From: the human T2T-CHM13v2.0 reference genome, Homo sapiens
DNA length: 64,000 nucleotides
Direction: 5' to 3' (one strand)
Assembly: GCF_009914755.1 (NCBI RefSeq)
Contig: NC_060929.1
A program made the position numbers and the translations under genes. Position 1 is the first letter of the stretch. Every line of letters begins with the position of its first letter. The notes below the pieces were generated by a model. The model worked only from the letters and a program-made list of their open reading frames with translations. It did not search any database and was not told where the DNA came from. Below, piece after piece: positions 42,080-54,761 of this stretch.

Positions 42080-43020
42080 GAGAGGAGCACAGTGCAAAAC
42101 GAGAGAGATAATGAGTGACAAGGCTTTGTATAAACCTAGAGGCTATGTTAAGAATTATTTTGCTTTTGTTTTAGATTTCGTTTTAGTTGTTTTTTTTTTA
42201 AATTCCAAGAACACTAGTACATTGTTTAACATTTTTTGTTTGTGTTTAAGGAAGAATATGGGTCAGATTTGGGTTTTGGAAAGATAACTCTGCTGATGCT
42301 GAGGAAGGTAATTCATTAAAAGGGAGCAAACGTACATAAGGGAAGAGTGTTTGGGATATTATAATAATCAAGGAGGAAGATGTTGCCTACTTGGACTAGG
42401 CTGGTGGCAGTAGAGATGGAGAGAAGGGGATAGATTTGAAAAATACTTAGGGCATAAATCAGCAGACTTTGGAGCTGGAGTTGATATAAGGGTGTGGGAA
42501 GACTTCAAGGGCAAATTAGAGGTGCTTGTGATTTCAAAGAGGGACTGTTAGATGAAGTTTGAAGGTGGGGATGGGGAAAGAAGATCTTGAGTTTAGATCC
42601 AGACACCTTGGTATTGAGGTGCCTATAAAGGTTCAAAGAAGACATACAGAGCAGGGACTTGTTTGTACTCATCTGGAACTTAGAGAAGTAATCCAAACCA
42701 AAGATAATGCTTGTGATTCAAATCTTACAGACAAATCATAGCAGTGGGAATGAATGATACAATCCGTGGAATGAAAAGAGAAGAGGGTCACATATTGAGA
42801 GACTTCATTACTTCATGCCTGGATAAAAAGGGAATGAACTTGGAAAAAAGTCTGAGGAGAAGCACGCAGACACATAGGGAGAAAACTATTACATACCAGA
42901 AACCAAAAGAAAAGAGTATCTTAAAAAGTAGCAAGAAGTCAAAATGTCAAACACATCTGAGAAATCAAGATTCAATAGTGTGCATTGGATTTACTGACAT
43001 ATATAGTCCACTTATGGCTT
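42080..43020 (-). mobile_element. L2 fragment
   Basis: ggtcagatttgggttttggaaagataactctg, ggtggcagtagagatggagagaag motifs. Confidence 0.75.
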
Positions 43021-43312
43021 TGGGGAGAGGGAGAAGAGATTCGTTTATGACGTGGGTTGTTGGATGAGATATATTCTAAGGTCCCTTTCAACTGTTAGAT
43101 ATGTTAAATTTTTGTCATGAAAGATACATTTCCAAATTATTTTATGGTAAGATTTTTAAGTCACCTGCCCCTTCAAAAATGTTTTCTAAATTTGGGATAA
43201 TATTTATTAGAAAAAAGTGCAAATTTGTGTAAGAATGTTCATAACTTTTCAAAGACAATGGTTAAAGTGAAAATGTTAATATCTTTTGTTTTCATGTTAA
43301 TAAAATCTCCAG

Positions 43313-43696
43313 CTGGGCTGCTTCTTCCTGTAAACAACAATTCACACAATGTTCAAATTGTAATCCAATTCCAATCTGGAATTGGTCACAGAGGAGCAGC
43401 TTGTATGCAAACTAAGTGAAGATGAAGGTTAGACCAGTTCTTGCTCATAAGAAATGCAGGAAGACTCAGGGATCAGGGTCCTGGAATCTCACTGTTGAGG
43501 GAGGCTGAATGAAGATGATTTTAAACATCTTTATTCTTTACTTAATCTGGGAAATCAATGGAAAATATCAAATTCTGGTCACTGTACTAAGTTACAGTTC
43601 TTCAGAAATGAGAGATAGTTTCCCACTGATACATTTGTCTAAGGCTTGGAAAACCTTAATAACATTTTGGACATTGTCAGAGATTGCTTTCTATTG
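43313..43696 (+). pseudogene. Exon-like remnant with RGS EN-L-FW motif
   Basis: tctccAG acceptor, ttg|GTaaat donor; NLELVTEEQLVCKLSEDEG, LNEDDFKHLYSLLNLG, GLENL(+1)ITFWTLSE. Confidence 0.45.
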
Positions 43697-44994
43697 GTAA
43701 ATAGCAGCAAGGGTCTATTCTTGGCTTGGTAACTGATTGGAGGCCTGATTTGCAATGTGGCTCCCACCATGCTCTATGCTATAATTTCTCTGCCTATAAA
43801 ATGTGTTACTTACACTCATCTCCATTGCAGAGTTCTGTGGATGCAGTTATATCAGTGATGGTCATAGATAAATAGTTATAACAATTCAAAGTCTATCTTA
43901 AAACATAAGCATCTATAATTCTCTTTTCCAGGTTGACACTCTTAAGAGTGTCAGGTGGCTGGATTATAATTGTTTTCTCTATGGCTTCTTCATGGAGTAT
44001 ACCTCCAGAATTTCTGGATCTTCAGTTCAATTAGATGCCCTTGCAAATAAAATGATTATTCTGTCTTTCTGCTGAGCATGAATGTCACAACCCGCACCTG
44101 CTCTGTGAATAGCAAGTCAACAATGGGAGCTGCCTTTCACTCTTCCCTTGGTGCCATTGCTGGTTGTCCTCAAAGAGCTTTGGCTTAGAGGATTTGCATG
44201 GGTTTACCTCTCTTTCTCTTGGCTACTCCCTGTGATTCCTCTCATCAGTGGTATCTTAAATCTGTACTCTCAGCAGTTTTTTCTCCTACAACTTCCAAAG
44301 GAAACTCTGGACAACTGTCTGTGGCAGTGGCAGCTCTGCTTTTCATAGCTTCTCAAACTAGTAGTTTACTCTCAGAGTCAGCTTCCCTCAACTGTGAGAT
44401 TCCATGACCCCGATCCCTGGGTCTTCCTGCATTTCTTATGAGTGAGAACCGGTCAAACCTATTGAGTTTTCTGCTCTTGGTCCTCCCTAGTAGTTACTTA
44501 CACTGCCAGCCTGTGCAGGGTATCTGGCATCCCTTTCTCCCTACATGGCAGTTCTTGGCTAAATCCCTAACCAGTTAGGTAACTCAGAATCACTCTCAGT
44601 TATATCTGGAAGTAATAACAAAAAGGTCCTTCTAGAGCTCTTGAAATGGTTTAATGGCTACATTCTCTTAAAAATAGCCCTTCCAAGTTACTCATTGAAA
44701 ATCCTCCTAGGGGTGGGGAGAAAAAAACATCTTCAATACTTCCTACATAGTCACTCTGTTGATTTTCCTATTACACTTACCTGTGTCCTAACATTAGTTT
44801 ATTCAGGGCAAGTTTTCTTAGTCATCAATATTCTTTCAAAAGGCAGAGTTTGGACAACTTCCAGGCAGTGTCCCAATTCAGTATAGAGAGGTCTTAAAAA
44901 CTGTCCCAGCAAGAGAATCTGCTTCACAGGCCATTTGATAATAATACACGATGTGGCTTAGGAATAGTTCTGGATATTCTGCAGTGCAATACAA

Positions 44995-45210
44995 GGAAGA
45001 TGGCATAGCATAGTAGCTGAGTATGAGATCTGACATTACAATAACCTGTGCTAAGTTTCTGCCTCTTTTATTTACTGAGCATGTAACTTTGGGGAAGTGA
45101 GTTTACCTTACCAGGTTCTAGTAACCTTGTCTGTAAAATGAGGTGATAATACCTGTCTTACATGGATGTTACCAATAGCCTATAGTAAGCAGTCCACACA
45201 TTTTAATGTT
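44995..45210 (+). mobile_element. MIR
   Basis: gcatagcatagtag...gtaactttggggaagtgagttt...ctgtaaaatgaggtgataat. Confidence 0.75.
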
Positions 45211-45880
45211 GTAAGTTTTCCCACAGTACTTGCAATTGAACAGTTTCCTAAAAACTATTCTGATCTTCCTCATGAGTCAAAAAGTGAATCTAATAAATCA
45301 ACCTGGTAACTTTAATGCAATTTAAATGGTCCCTTTAGGTACTGCTTGCTTTCCTTTGATAAAAATAATCAGTTTCTCAGAGTTCCACTCTCTTCCCTGC
45401 ATCCCTCCAAGATGGCATCAGATATGTGAAGGTGGTAAAATGAACTATGTCCTCATCACAGTAGAGAAGAAAAGGTCCAGAGAGCCATGTACTTTTCTCT
45501 GGTCTCCATAGTGATGGCTTTCTGGATCCTGCTTGTCCTGCTGATATCCTAGCTCAGGTCTGGGCATTTGCTGGCCTTTCTCTAGGTTTCATTATTTCCC
45601 TGTGGAGCACCCCACATGAATCAGCCTTACCTTGGATCTTGCTTGCACTCTGGGCACCCTTGAACTCCTCCAGTGACTTCTGGGCTCAAACCTAGAAAAG
45701 GGAACTGCATGTCTTCTTCCTTATCTCTCAAGGTCAGAAAGGACAGACTTCTCCTGTACCTCCTCTAGATCCGGCCTTCCTTGTTCACAGATTCAGCCTT
45801 GTGACTAAAATCTAATGCCAGGTTCGATGTAGATATCAATTTGAAAATTACTTATTGGTAAAGGAGCCCAAATTGGGAGG

Positions 45881-46593
45881 TGTCTTAATCCCTTTGCATT
45901 GCTATTTTAAAAAATTCTGGCCGGATGTAGTGGCTCATCCCAGCACTTTGGGAGGCCAAGGCAAGCAGATCACTTGAGCCCAGGAACTCAAGACCAGCCT
46001 TGGCAACATGGCAAAATCCCATCTCTACACAAAAAATAAAAAAATTAGCCAGGTGTGGTTGTGCATACCTTTAGTACCAGCTACTCAGGAAGCTGAGGTA
46101 AGAGGATCTCTGGAGCCAAGGAGGTCAAGGCTGCAGTGAACTGTGATTGCACCACTGCACTCCAGCCTAGGTGACAGAGCAAGACCCCCTTTATTTTTTC
46201 AAATACAACGACTATAAAAACACTTGAGGCTGAGTAATTTATAAAGAATGATTTGGATCATGGTTTTGTAGGCTATACAAGAAGCACAACACCATTATCT
46301 GCTTCTGGTGAAGGCTTCAGGGATATTCCACTCATGGTAAAAAGTGGAGGGGAGCAGGCATCATATAGCAAGAGAAAAGGAAAAGTGGAGGAGGGGAGGT
46401 GCCAGACTCTTTTTAGCAGCACATCTCATGGAAACTAAGAGTGAGAGCTCACTCATTCCCCCCAGAAGAACATCAAGCCATTCATGAGGGATCTGCTTCC
46501 ATGGCCCAAAAGACTCCTACTAGGACCCATTCCAACACTGAGGATCAAATTTCAACATGAAATTTGGAGGAGGAAAATATCCAAACTATATCA
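45881..46593 (-). mobile_element. MSTB-like solo LTR split by AluJ
   Basis: tgtcttaatcc...ccaaactatatca, TSD ggagg. Confidence 0.85.
45919..46200 (+). mobile_element. AluJ with small 5' deletion and atypical tail
   Basis: ggctcatcccagc (gcctgtaat missing), ggaggtcaaggctgcagtg. Confidence 0.88.
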
Positions 46594-47474
46594 GGAGGTA
46601 TTTCAAAATATAATATCTTTTTTATTCTTTTCCTATTAGACTTCCAATTTCCCATATCAAACTTCCAAGAAGGTGGATTTTAGGTCTCTAAATCAGATCT
46701 ATTTCTCTGTTCATCTCTGGTTCCTTCAAACTTGACCAGATAATTCTGGATATTAATGGGAAAGTCTGTATCCTGCCATAAAAGTTGTTACATCCTACAA
46801 TCTTAATTCTTTCCCAGCAATGAGCCCATTTCTCTTGCAACTGAAAAATTGTAGAGTCAGGAAGAAACCTCTGGAGGATTGGGTATTAACAGTGGGAGAG
46901 GTGAGTGGTATCTCACCTAAAGGCAACAGGAGTTGTAATCTGGCCACTAGCTTTTTCTAGGACTTCTTTCTCTCTTTGTCTCTAAATTGAGAGAAAAATA
47001 GCTGAACTGATCTGGGTACTTCAGGATCACATGATTCCTGCCTGGATGTCTACATTATTAATTATGGATTTTCTTTCTGAGTTGGCTAATAAGGTTTTAA
47101 AAATGTTTACTGGTCTCAATTTTATGTCCCAAGTTTTCATGACAGAATTGGGCTTCCCTCTGTTGAGTCAAAGGAGGGAGATTAAAGATGACTTTTCATT
47201 ACCTGACCCTTTCTTTCTTCAACTGACTATCCCTTATCTGCTGAGCATTACATGTCTTTCGCAGAGCTACCACCTTGATTTCAAGTTGATTAAGATTTGA
47301 AATTAGTCCAAAGTGCAGACTTTTTCTGCACTTTGGTAAATATTTTCGAAAGAACAAACACAACAGCTTTCTTCAGCACTATGAAATTCCTGCTTTCTCC
47401 CAAGTATTGTTTTTTTTTCTTTCCTATTCACCTTTGTTGGTTTTTTTCCTTGTGTTCAACTGTATCCACTTGAG

Positions 47475-47807
47475 ATCAGGAGTCAAACATTGTTGTTTAG
47501 TACATGAATCGATGGGTACTTCACTTGGTTTCCTAATGAGAATTCACTCAAGTCTAGGATAGAATTTTGAAAGCCACCTGCTGTTAAAATTATTTGCAAA
47601 AGTCTAAGTAGTTCCCTTTCAGTAAAGTTTAATAGAACTCCTAAAAATGCTGGGAAATTTTTCATTAATAGTTATGATGGAGAAAACTTGTAGCATTCCT
47701 AGTATATGCCTAATAAGGCCACCAGAAATGATGCAATGGCTTTTTCTCCTTATTTCTTGATGTTTGGGCAAGAATGCCAAGGTTCTCAATTTGATTGAGT
47801 CAAAGAG
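47475..47807 (+). pseudogene. Exon-like remnant (5' end uncertain)
   Basis: RILKATCC*NYLQK at 47561, ends at gag|GTGAGG donor. Confidence 0.3.
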
Positions 47808-50800
47808 GTGAGGTACAGAAAAACCTCACAGATTGTATAGTTAACCTTGAACCAAGTAATGATGGTCAGACCAAGTTAGTGAAAAGGTCATTTGATAGTC
47901 GTAACCCCACTTATTCTACATTTGGAGTACAGTAAAGTATGGCTCTCACAGCCAAATGTTCCTTGTGAATGAGAACAAATCATAGAAGACATAAATTCAG
48001 GACAGAGATCCGATTTCCTCCCCAGTATCTACTTCCATCTCCAGGAATAAGGGAATGGTCAGATAAAGCATGTAGATTAAAGTGCAAGTATTTTTTGGAA
48101 TATAAAAATTCATTTCTGAGAGTAGGAGTGTTGCCAGATAATGCCCTGAAATATTTATCTATGCACTTTCTTTTTCCACTACCTAGTCAGAGTCATACAG
48201 TGCCTCAAGGCAAAGTATAAATAAAAATAAATAATAAGCTAAATTTAAAATAAGACAATAAAAAAGCAAGAAACAGCCTGTCTTAGTCCATTTTTTGTGG
48301 CTGTAATAGAATACCACAGATTGGGTAATTTATAAAGAGAAGCAGTTTGTTTGGCTCATGGTATAGAGCTTGGGAAGTCCAAGATCAAGGGCAGGCCTCT
48401 AGTGAGGGCCTTCTCACTGCATCATCCCATAGCAAAAGGTGAGAGAGCAGGAGAAAGGGGACCAAACTTCATCCTTTTATCAGGAACCCATTTCCACAAT
48501 AACAACATTAAACTTCACGAGGGCGAAGAACTTGTGACACAATAACCTCTTATTAGGCCCACCTCCCAACACTGTTGCATTGGGATTAAGTTTCTGATAT
48601 GGTTTTGATATTTGTACCCTCCGAATGTCATGTTGAAATGTGATCCCCAATGTTGGAGGTGGGGCCTAGTGGGAGTTATTGGATCATGGGGATGCATCCC
48701 TCATGAATGGCTTAGCAGCATCCCCATGGTGATAAGTGAGTTCTTGCTCAGTTAGTTCATGTGGAATCTGGTTGTTTAGGAGTCTGGGACCTCTCTGTTC
48801 TCTCTCTCTTGCCCTCTGTCTCTCTTGCCATATGGCATGCTGGCTCCCCTTCACCTTCCACCATGACTGTAAGCTTCCAGAGGCCCTCATCAGAAGCAGA
48901 TGCCAACACCATGCTTCCTGTACGGCCTCCAGAACCATAAGCCAAAGAAGAATCTCTTTTCTCTATAGATTACCCAGCCTTGGGTATTCCTTTATAGCGA
49001 TGCAAGAATAGACTAATCCAGAGAATTGATACTGAAGAGTGGGGCATTGCTATAAAGATTCCCAAAGATGTGGAAGTGGCTTTAAAACTGAGTAATGTGC
49101 AGAGGTTGGAGAAGCTTGGAGGTCTCAGAAGAAGATAGAAAGTTCAGGGAAAGTTTAAAACTTCTTAGAGAGTGGTTAAATGGTTTTGGCTGAAGTGCTG
49201 ATAGAAATATGGACATTGTGTTTTCTTTTTCCAAGATGGTGGATAGGAGGCAGTGTTAGAGTGCCTCTCCCACTTGGAAGGAGAGAAGCATGAAGAGAGT
49301 CACACTGTGAACTTTTGTTCCAAGAACTACTGCAGGAATTTACCAGGAAAACTGAAAGAATTTACACATCCTTTAAAAGAAGTAGCATGCCAAGGCAAAC
49401 TCTGTGAGACAGGCAAAAAACTGTGAGTTCCCAGAGTGGAAGATGGGGAGAGCCTGCCCTTGAACATACATCCCCACTGAGGAATCTGAAAATCCAGATC
49501 ACAGGAGAAGGTTTCAACCTTACCTACAGCTGGAATGAATTAGAGAGTGGCATGAAATATAAAAAAGTAGAAGCATCAGTGGAAAGAATCTTGTAGGTAT
49601 TCCCAGTCTCCAGCTGGAGCCCAGGGAAGCCATCCTTGATTATATATCACAGGGATCCCTGGAGAAGGCAGCCAGTGAACTTAAGGAGGGGTTGCAGGGT
49701 GAAAGAAGCTCCCAACTAAATTTTGTGATAATTTTGAGTGGGCGTGAATTCCCTTAAACAGAACCCAGGGAGCAAATAGAAACTGCTGCAGATACAACTG
49801 TGGGAGCTGGATGCTGGCATTATGGGCAGACAAAGAGGGGCAGGGCCTGAAGACCATGCTTGCTTTCTCATCAGGGAAGCTTATGGCCTGGGGCAGGTCT
49901 GGGTTCTTTGTGAAGGTTGTCTGGATCTAAACTCGGCACTGTTAGCAGGGTGCTGTTGGTGTGAGACTGGCCTTGCCAACTGCTTGGTAGCTGAGTGAGG
50001 CCTACAGCTACCAGTTATTCCCCACTCCCCATGCGGACTCTACTGCACAGTAGAGGCAGCCATACTCCCCTCTGTAACATAACCTCATTGGCCTGAGAAC
50101 CACACTCCCACACCCACAGTGGCTATGGTAAGCCCTGCCCAGGGAGAGTTTGAGCTCAGCCCTGCCTAACCCTGCCCCGACCTAGTGGTCTTTCTTTACC
50201 CACCCTGGTTGCTAAACACAAAAGACATAAACTCTTGTGAGCTTTATGGCCCATCCTGTCACCTGAGAAACTAGAAACTTCCCCTGGCCAATTTAGGGCA
50301 AGTTTAAATAGCACTGCTAATAGCTCAGCTGATGCTCTCTTAAAAGCACCACCTCCTGGCTGGAGGACAACCAACTCAGTCCATTACAGTAACCCTTGGC
50401 AGAATAATACTTTATTTTTTCCTGCTCCCAGGAAAAAGAAAACAGCAGGTAAGACTGCTGCCTGCAACACCCTGGCTAACCAGAGGTTCTGAGTCTGTCC
50501 ACATGACAATTTCACTGCTAGCATAACCATCATTTGAGAAAGCCAGCACACTAAACCTATCTACAACCAAGGAATCTCACAGAATCTGCATAATTCCCCT
50601 GCCGCCTCCATCAGAGCAGGTGCTGATATCCATGGCTAGGAGACCTGAAGACTAATCACATCACTGGACTCTTTACAGATATTCCCTGCACCAGCCTGGA
50701 ACCTGGCAGCCCCACTGGGTGGTTAGGCCCAGAAGAGCAATAACAATCACTGCAGTCTAGCTCTAGGGAAGCCCCATCCCTAGCGGAAGGAGAAGAGTAC

Positions 50801-53106
50801 CACATCAAGGGATCAACCCAATGGGACACAAGAATCTGAACAGTGGGCCTTGTGTTCCAGATCCTTCCACTGGTGGGAAGTTTCTTATAGCAGAGGCACA
50901 ACTGCAGTGTTGGGCACAGTAGGGAAAGTCTGCACCTATACCTCAACAGGCAGGCAGCCTCTGGGATACCCCAACAGACAGGCAGCCTCTGGGATCATGA
51001 AGGAGCTTGGCAAAGGAGTCCTTGTTCACCCCTGGCACTCCACTTCAGACACATTTAGAGCTTTCTTCACAGGAACACACCATAGAGGCACCTATAGACA
51101 GCTTTCCTGGAACAATCTAGGGTGAGCGCAGCCCCACAAGAAGAGCACATCCCAGATTCAGGCCTGCATGAGAGGCACCATCACAATTCCTCCCTACTTG
51201 GAACATCAATATTCCTACAGATGAAAAGAGGTGCCTGTCTGACCTGAATAGCTGAAACTCTGGGAGAGGAGTAAGTCTGCTAAGTAAACAGTTTTCCTCC
51301 TTGCCTGGTTGGGGAGCTGAGGTGTCTCCCACTCTTCACCTTATCAAACCTCAATACACCTAATTGAGAGCTCCCCCAGCCACCCTCATCAAGGCTGCAA
51401 CCTCACTCCACCACTGGGTATTAAATCTACACACCTACCTTAGCCACAACTGGTGCCTAGCCTGGGATACCTCCCTTATTTGCCTACAGCCTGAATCATC
51501 AACTCAAATAAAATACTGGGTGATAAAAGACAAAGAAGGACGTTATATAATGATAAAAAGATTTAGTCCAACAGGAAGATATTACAATCCTAAATACATA
51601 TGCACTCCCAAATTCATAGAACAATTATTACTAGACCTAAGAAATGAGATAGACAGCAACACAGTAATAGCAGGGAACTTCAATACTTCTCTGACAGCAC
51701 TAGACAGGTCATCAAGACAAAGTCAACAAAGAAACAATAGACTTATACCCTAGAACAAATGAACTCAGCAGATATTTATAGATCATTCTACCCAACAACT
51801 GCAGAATATACATTCTATTCATCAGCACATGGAACATTCTCCGGGATAGATCATACGATAGGCCACAAAACAAGTCTCAATAAATTTTAGAAAATTGGAA
51901 TCATATCAAGTATCTTTCCAGTTCACAGTGGAATAAAACTGGAAGTTAATTCCAAAAGGAAACCTCAAAACCATACAAATACATGGAAATTAAATAATCT
52001 GCTCCTGAATGATCCTTGGGTCAACAATTAAATCAAGATGGAAGTTGAAAAATTCTTTAAACTGAGTGATAACAGTGACACAACTTATCAAAACCTCTGG
52101 GATACAGCAAAAGTGGTGCTAAGAGGAAAGTTCATAGCATTAAATGCCCGTAACCAAAAGTCTGAAAGAGCACAAATAGACAACCTGATGTCACACCATA
52201 AGGAACTAGAAAAACAATAAACTAAACCCATACCCAACAGAAGAAAAGAAATAACAAAAATAAGAGCAGAAGTAAATGAAATTGAAACAGCAAAATACAA
52301 AAGACAAATTAAAAAAAAGTTGTTCTTTGAAAAGATAAAATTGATAGACCATTAGTGAGGTTAAACAAGAAAAGAAGAGAGATGATGCAAATAATCTCAA
52401 TTAGAAATGAATTGGGAGATATTAAAATTGATGTTACAGAAATACAAAAGATCATTCAAGGCTACTATGAACACCCTTATGCGCACAAACTAGAAAATCT
52501 AGAGGAGGTGGATAAATTCCTGGAAATATGCAACCTTCCTGGATTAAATCAGGAAGAAATAGAAACTCTGAATGGACAAATAACAAGCAGCGAGAATGAA
52601 TTAGTAATTTAAAAACTGCCAACAAAAAAGTTCAAGACCGGATGGATTCACAGCTGAATTCTATCAGACATTCAAAAAAGAACTGATACTAATCCTGCTA
52701 AAATTATTCCAAAAGATAGAGAAAGAGGGAATCCTCCCTAAGTCATTCTATGAAGCCAGTACTAGCCTAATACCAAAACCAGGAAAAGGCATAACATAAA
52801 AAGAAACCTACAGGCAAATATCCCTGATGAACATAGATGTAAAAATCCTCAACAAAATGTTAGTTAGCTGAATCCAGCAGCGTATCAAAAAGATCAAGTG
52901 GGTTTCTGCCGGGGATGCAGAGATGATTTAACATACACAAGTCAATAAATGTGATACATCACATAAACAAAATTGAAAACAAAAATCATATGATCATCTC
53001 AACAGATTCAGAAAAAGCATTTGACAAAATACAACCTCCCTTTTTGATGAAAACCCTCAATAAAATTGGCATAGAAGGGACATACCTCAAAGTAATAAAA
53101 GCCATC

Positions 53107-53476
53107 TGATATGGTTTTGTTCTGTGTCCCCTCCCAAATCTCATCTCTATTTGTAATCCCCACATGTTGAGGGAGGGACTTGTAATCCCCATGTGTCAAG
53201 GGAGGGAGGTGATTGGATTATGGGGACAGTTTCCCTCATGCTGTTCTCATGATAGTGAGTCAGTTCTCATGAGATTTGATGGTTTTATAAATGTTCTTCC
53301 TTCACTCTTTCTCACTTGCTGCCATGTAAGATGTGCCTGCTTCCCCTTCTGCCATGATTGTAACTTTCTGAGGCCTCCTCAGCCATGCAAAACTGTGAGT
53401 CAGTTAAACCTGTTTCCTTTATAAATTACTCTGTCTAGGGTAGTACTTTATAGCAGTGTGAAAATGGACCAATACC
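53107..53476 (+). mobile_element. THE1D-like solo LTR nested in L1PB
   Basis: tgatatggtttt...ggaccaatacc; TSD ccatc/ctatc. Confidence 0.88.
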
Positions 53477-54377
53477 CTATCTATTACAAACCCACATCCA
53501 ACATCCTACTGAATGGGGAAACATTGAAAGCATTCCCCCTGAGAACTGGAATAAGACAAAGATATCCACTTTCCTCACTTCTATTCAACATAGTATTGAA
53601 GTCCCAGCCAGAGCAATAAGACAAGAGCAAAAAATAAAGGGCATCCAAATTGGAAAAGAGGAAATCAAACAGTTGCTGTTCACCAATGATATAATTGTAT
53701 ACCTAGAAAACCCTAAAGACTCACTCATAAAGCTCCTAAATCTGACAAACAAATTCAGTAAAGTTTAAGGATACAAAATCAATGTATATAAATCAGCAGT
53801 ACTGCTATACATCAACAACGACCAAGCTGAGAATCAAATCAAGAACTGAATCTCTTTTACAACAGCTGCAAAGAAATAAAATACTTAGAATTATAGTTAC
53901 CTAAGGAGGTAAAAGGTCTTTACAAGGAAAACTACAAAACACTGCTAAAAGAAATCACAGATGACACAAACAGATGGAAACACATCCCATGCTCATGAAT
54001 GGTTAGAATCAATATAGTGAAAATGACCATACTGGAAAAAGCAATCTACAGATTCAACACACTTAGAATCAAAATACCATCATCATTCTTCAAAGAACTA
54101 GAAAAAAAAATCCTAAAATTCATATGGAACCAAAAAAGAGCCTGCATAGCCAAAGCAATACTAAGCAAAAAGGACAAATCTGGAGGCATCACATTACCTG
54201 AATTCAAACTATACTACAAGGCTATAATTATCAAAACAGCATGGTACTGGTATAAAAATAAGCATGTAGACCAATGAAACAGAATAAGGAAGCCAGAAAT
54301 AAAGCCAAATACTTACAGCCAACTGATATTCAACAAAGCATACAAAAACATAAACTGGAGAAAAGACACCATATTCA

Positions 54378-54761
<384 letters not shown>

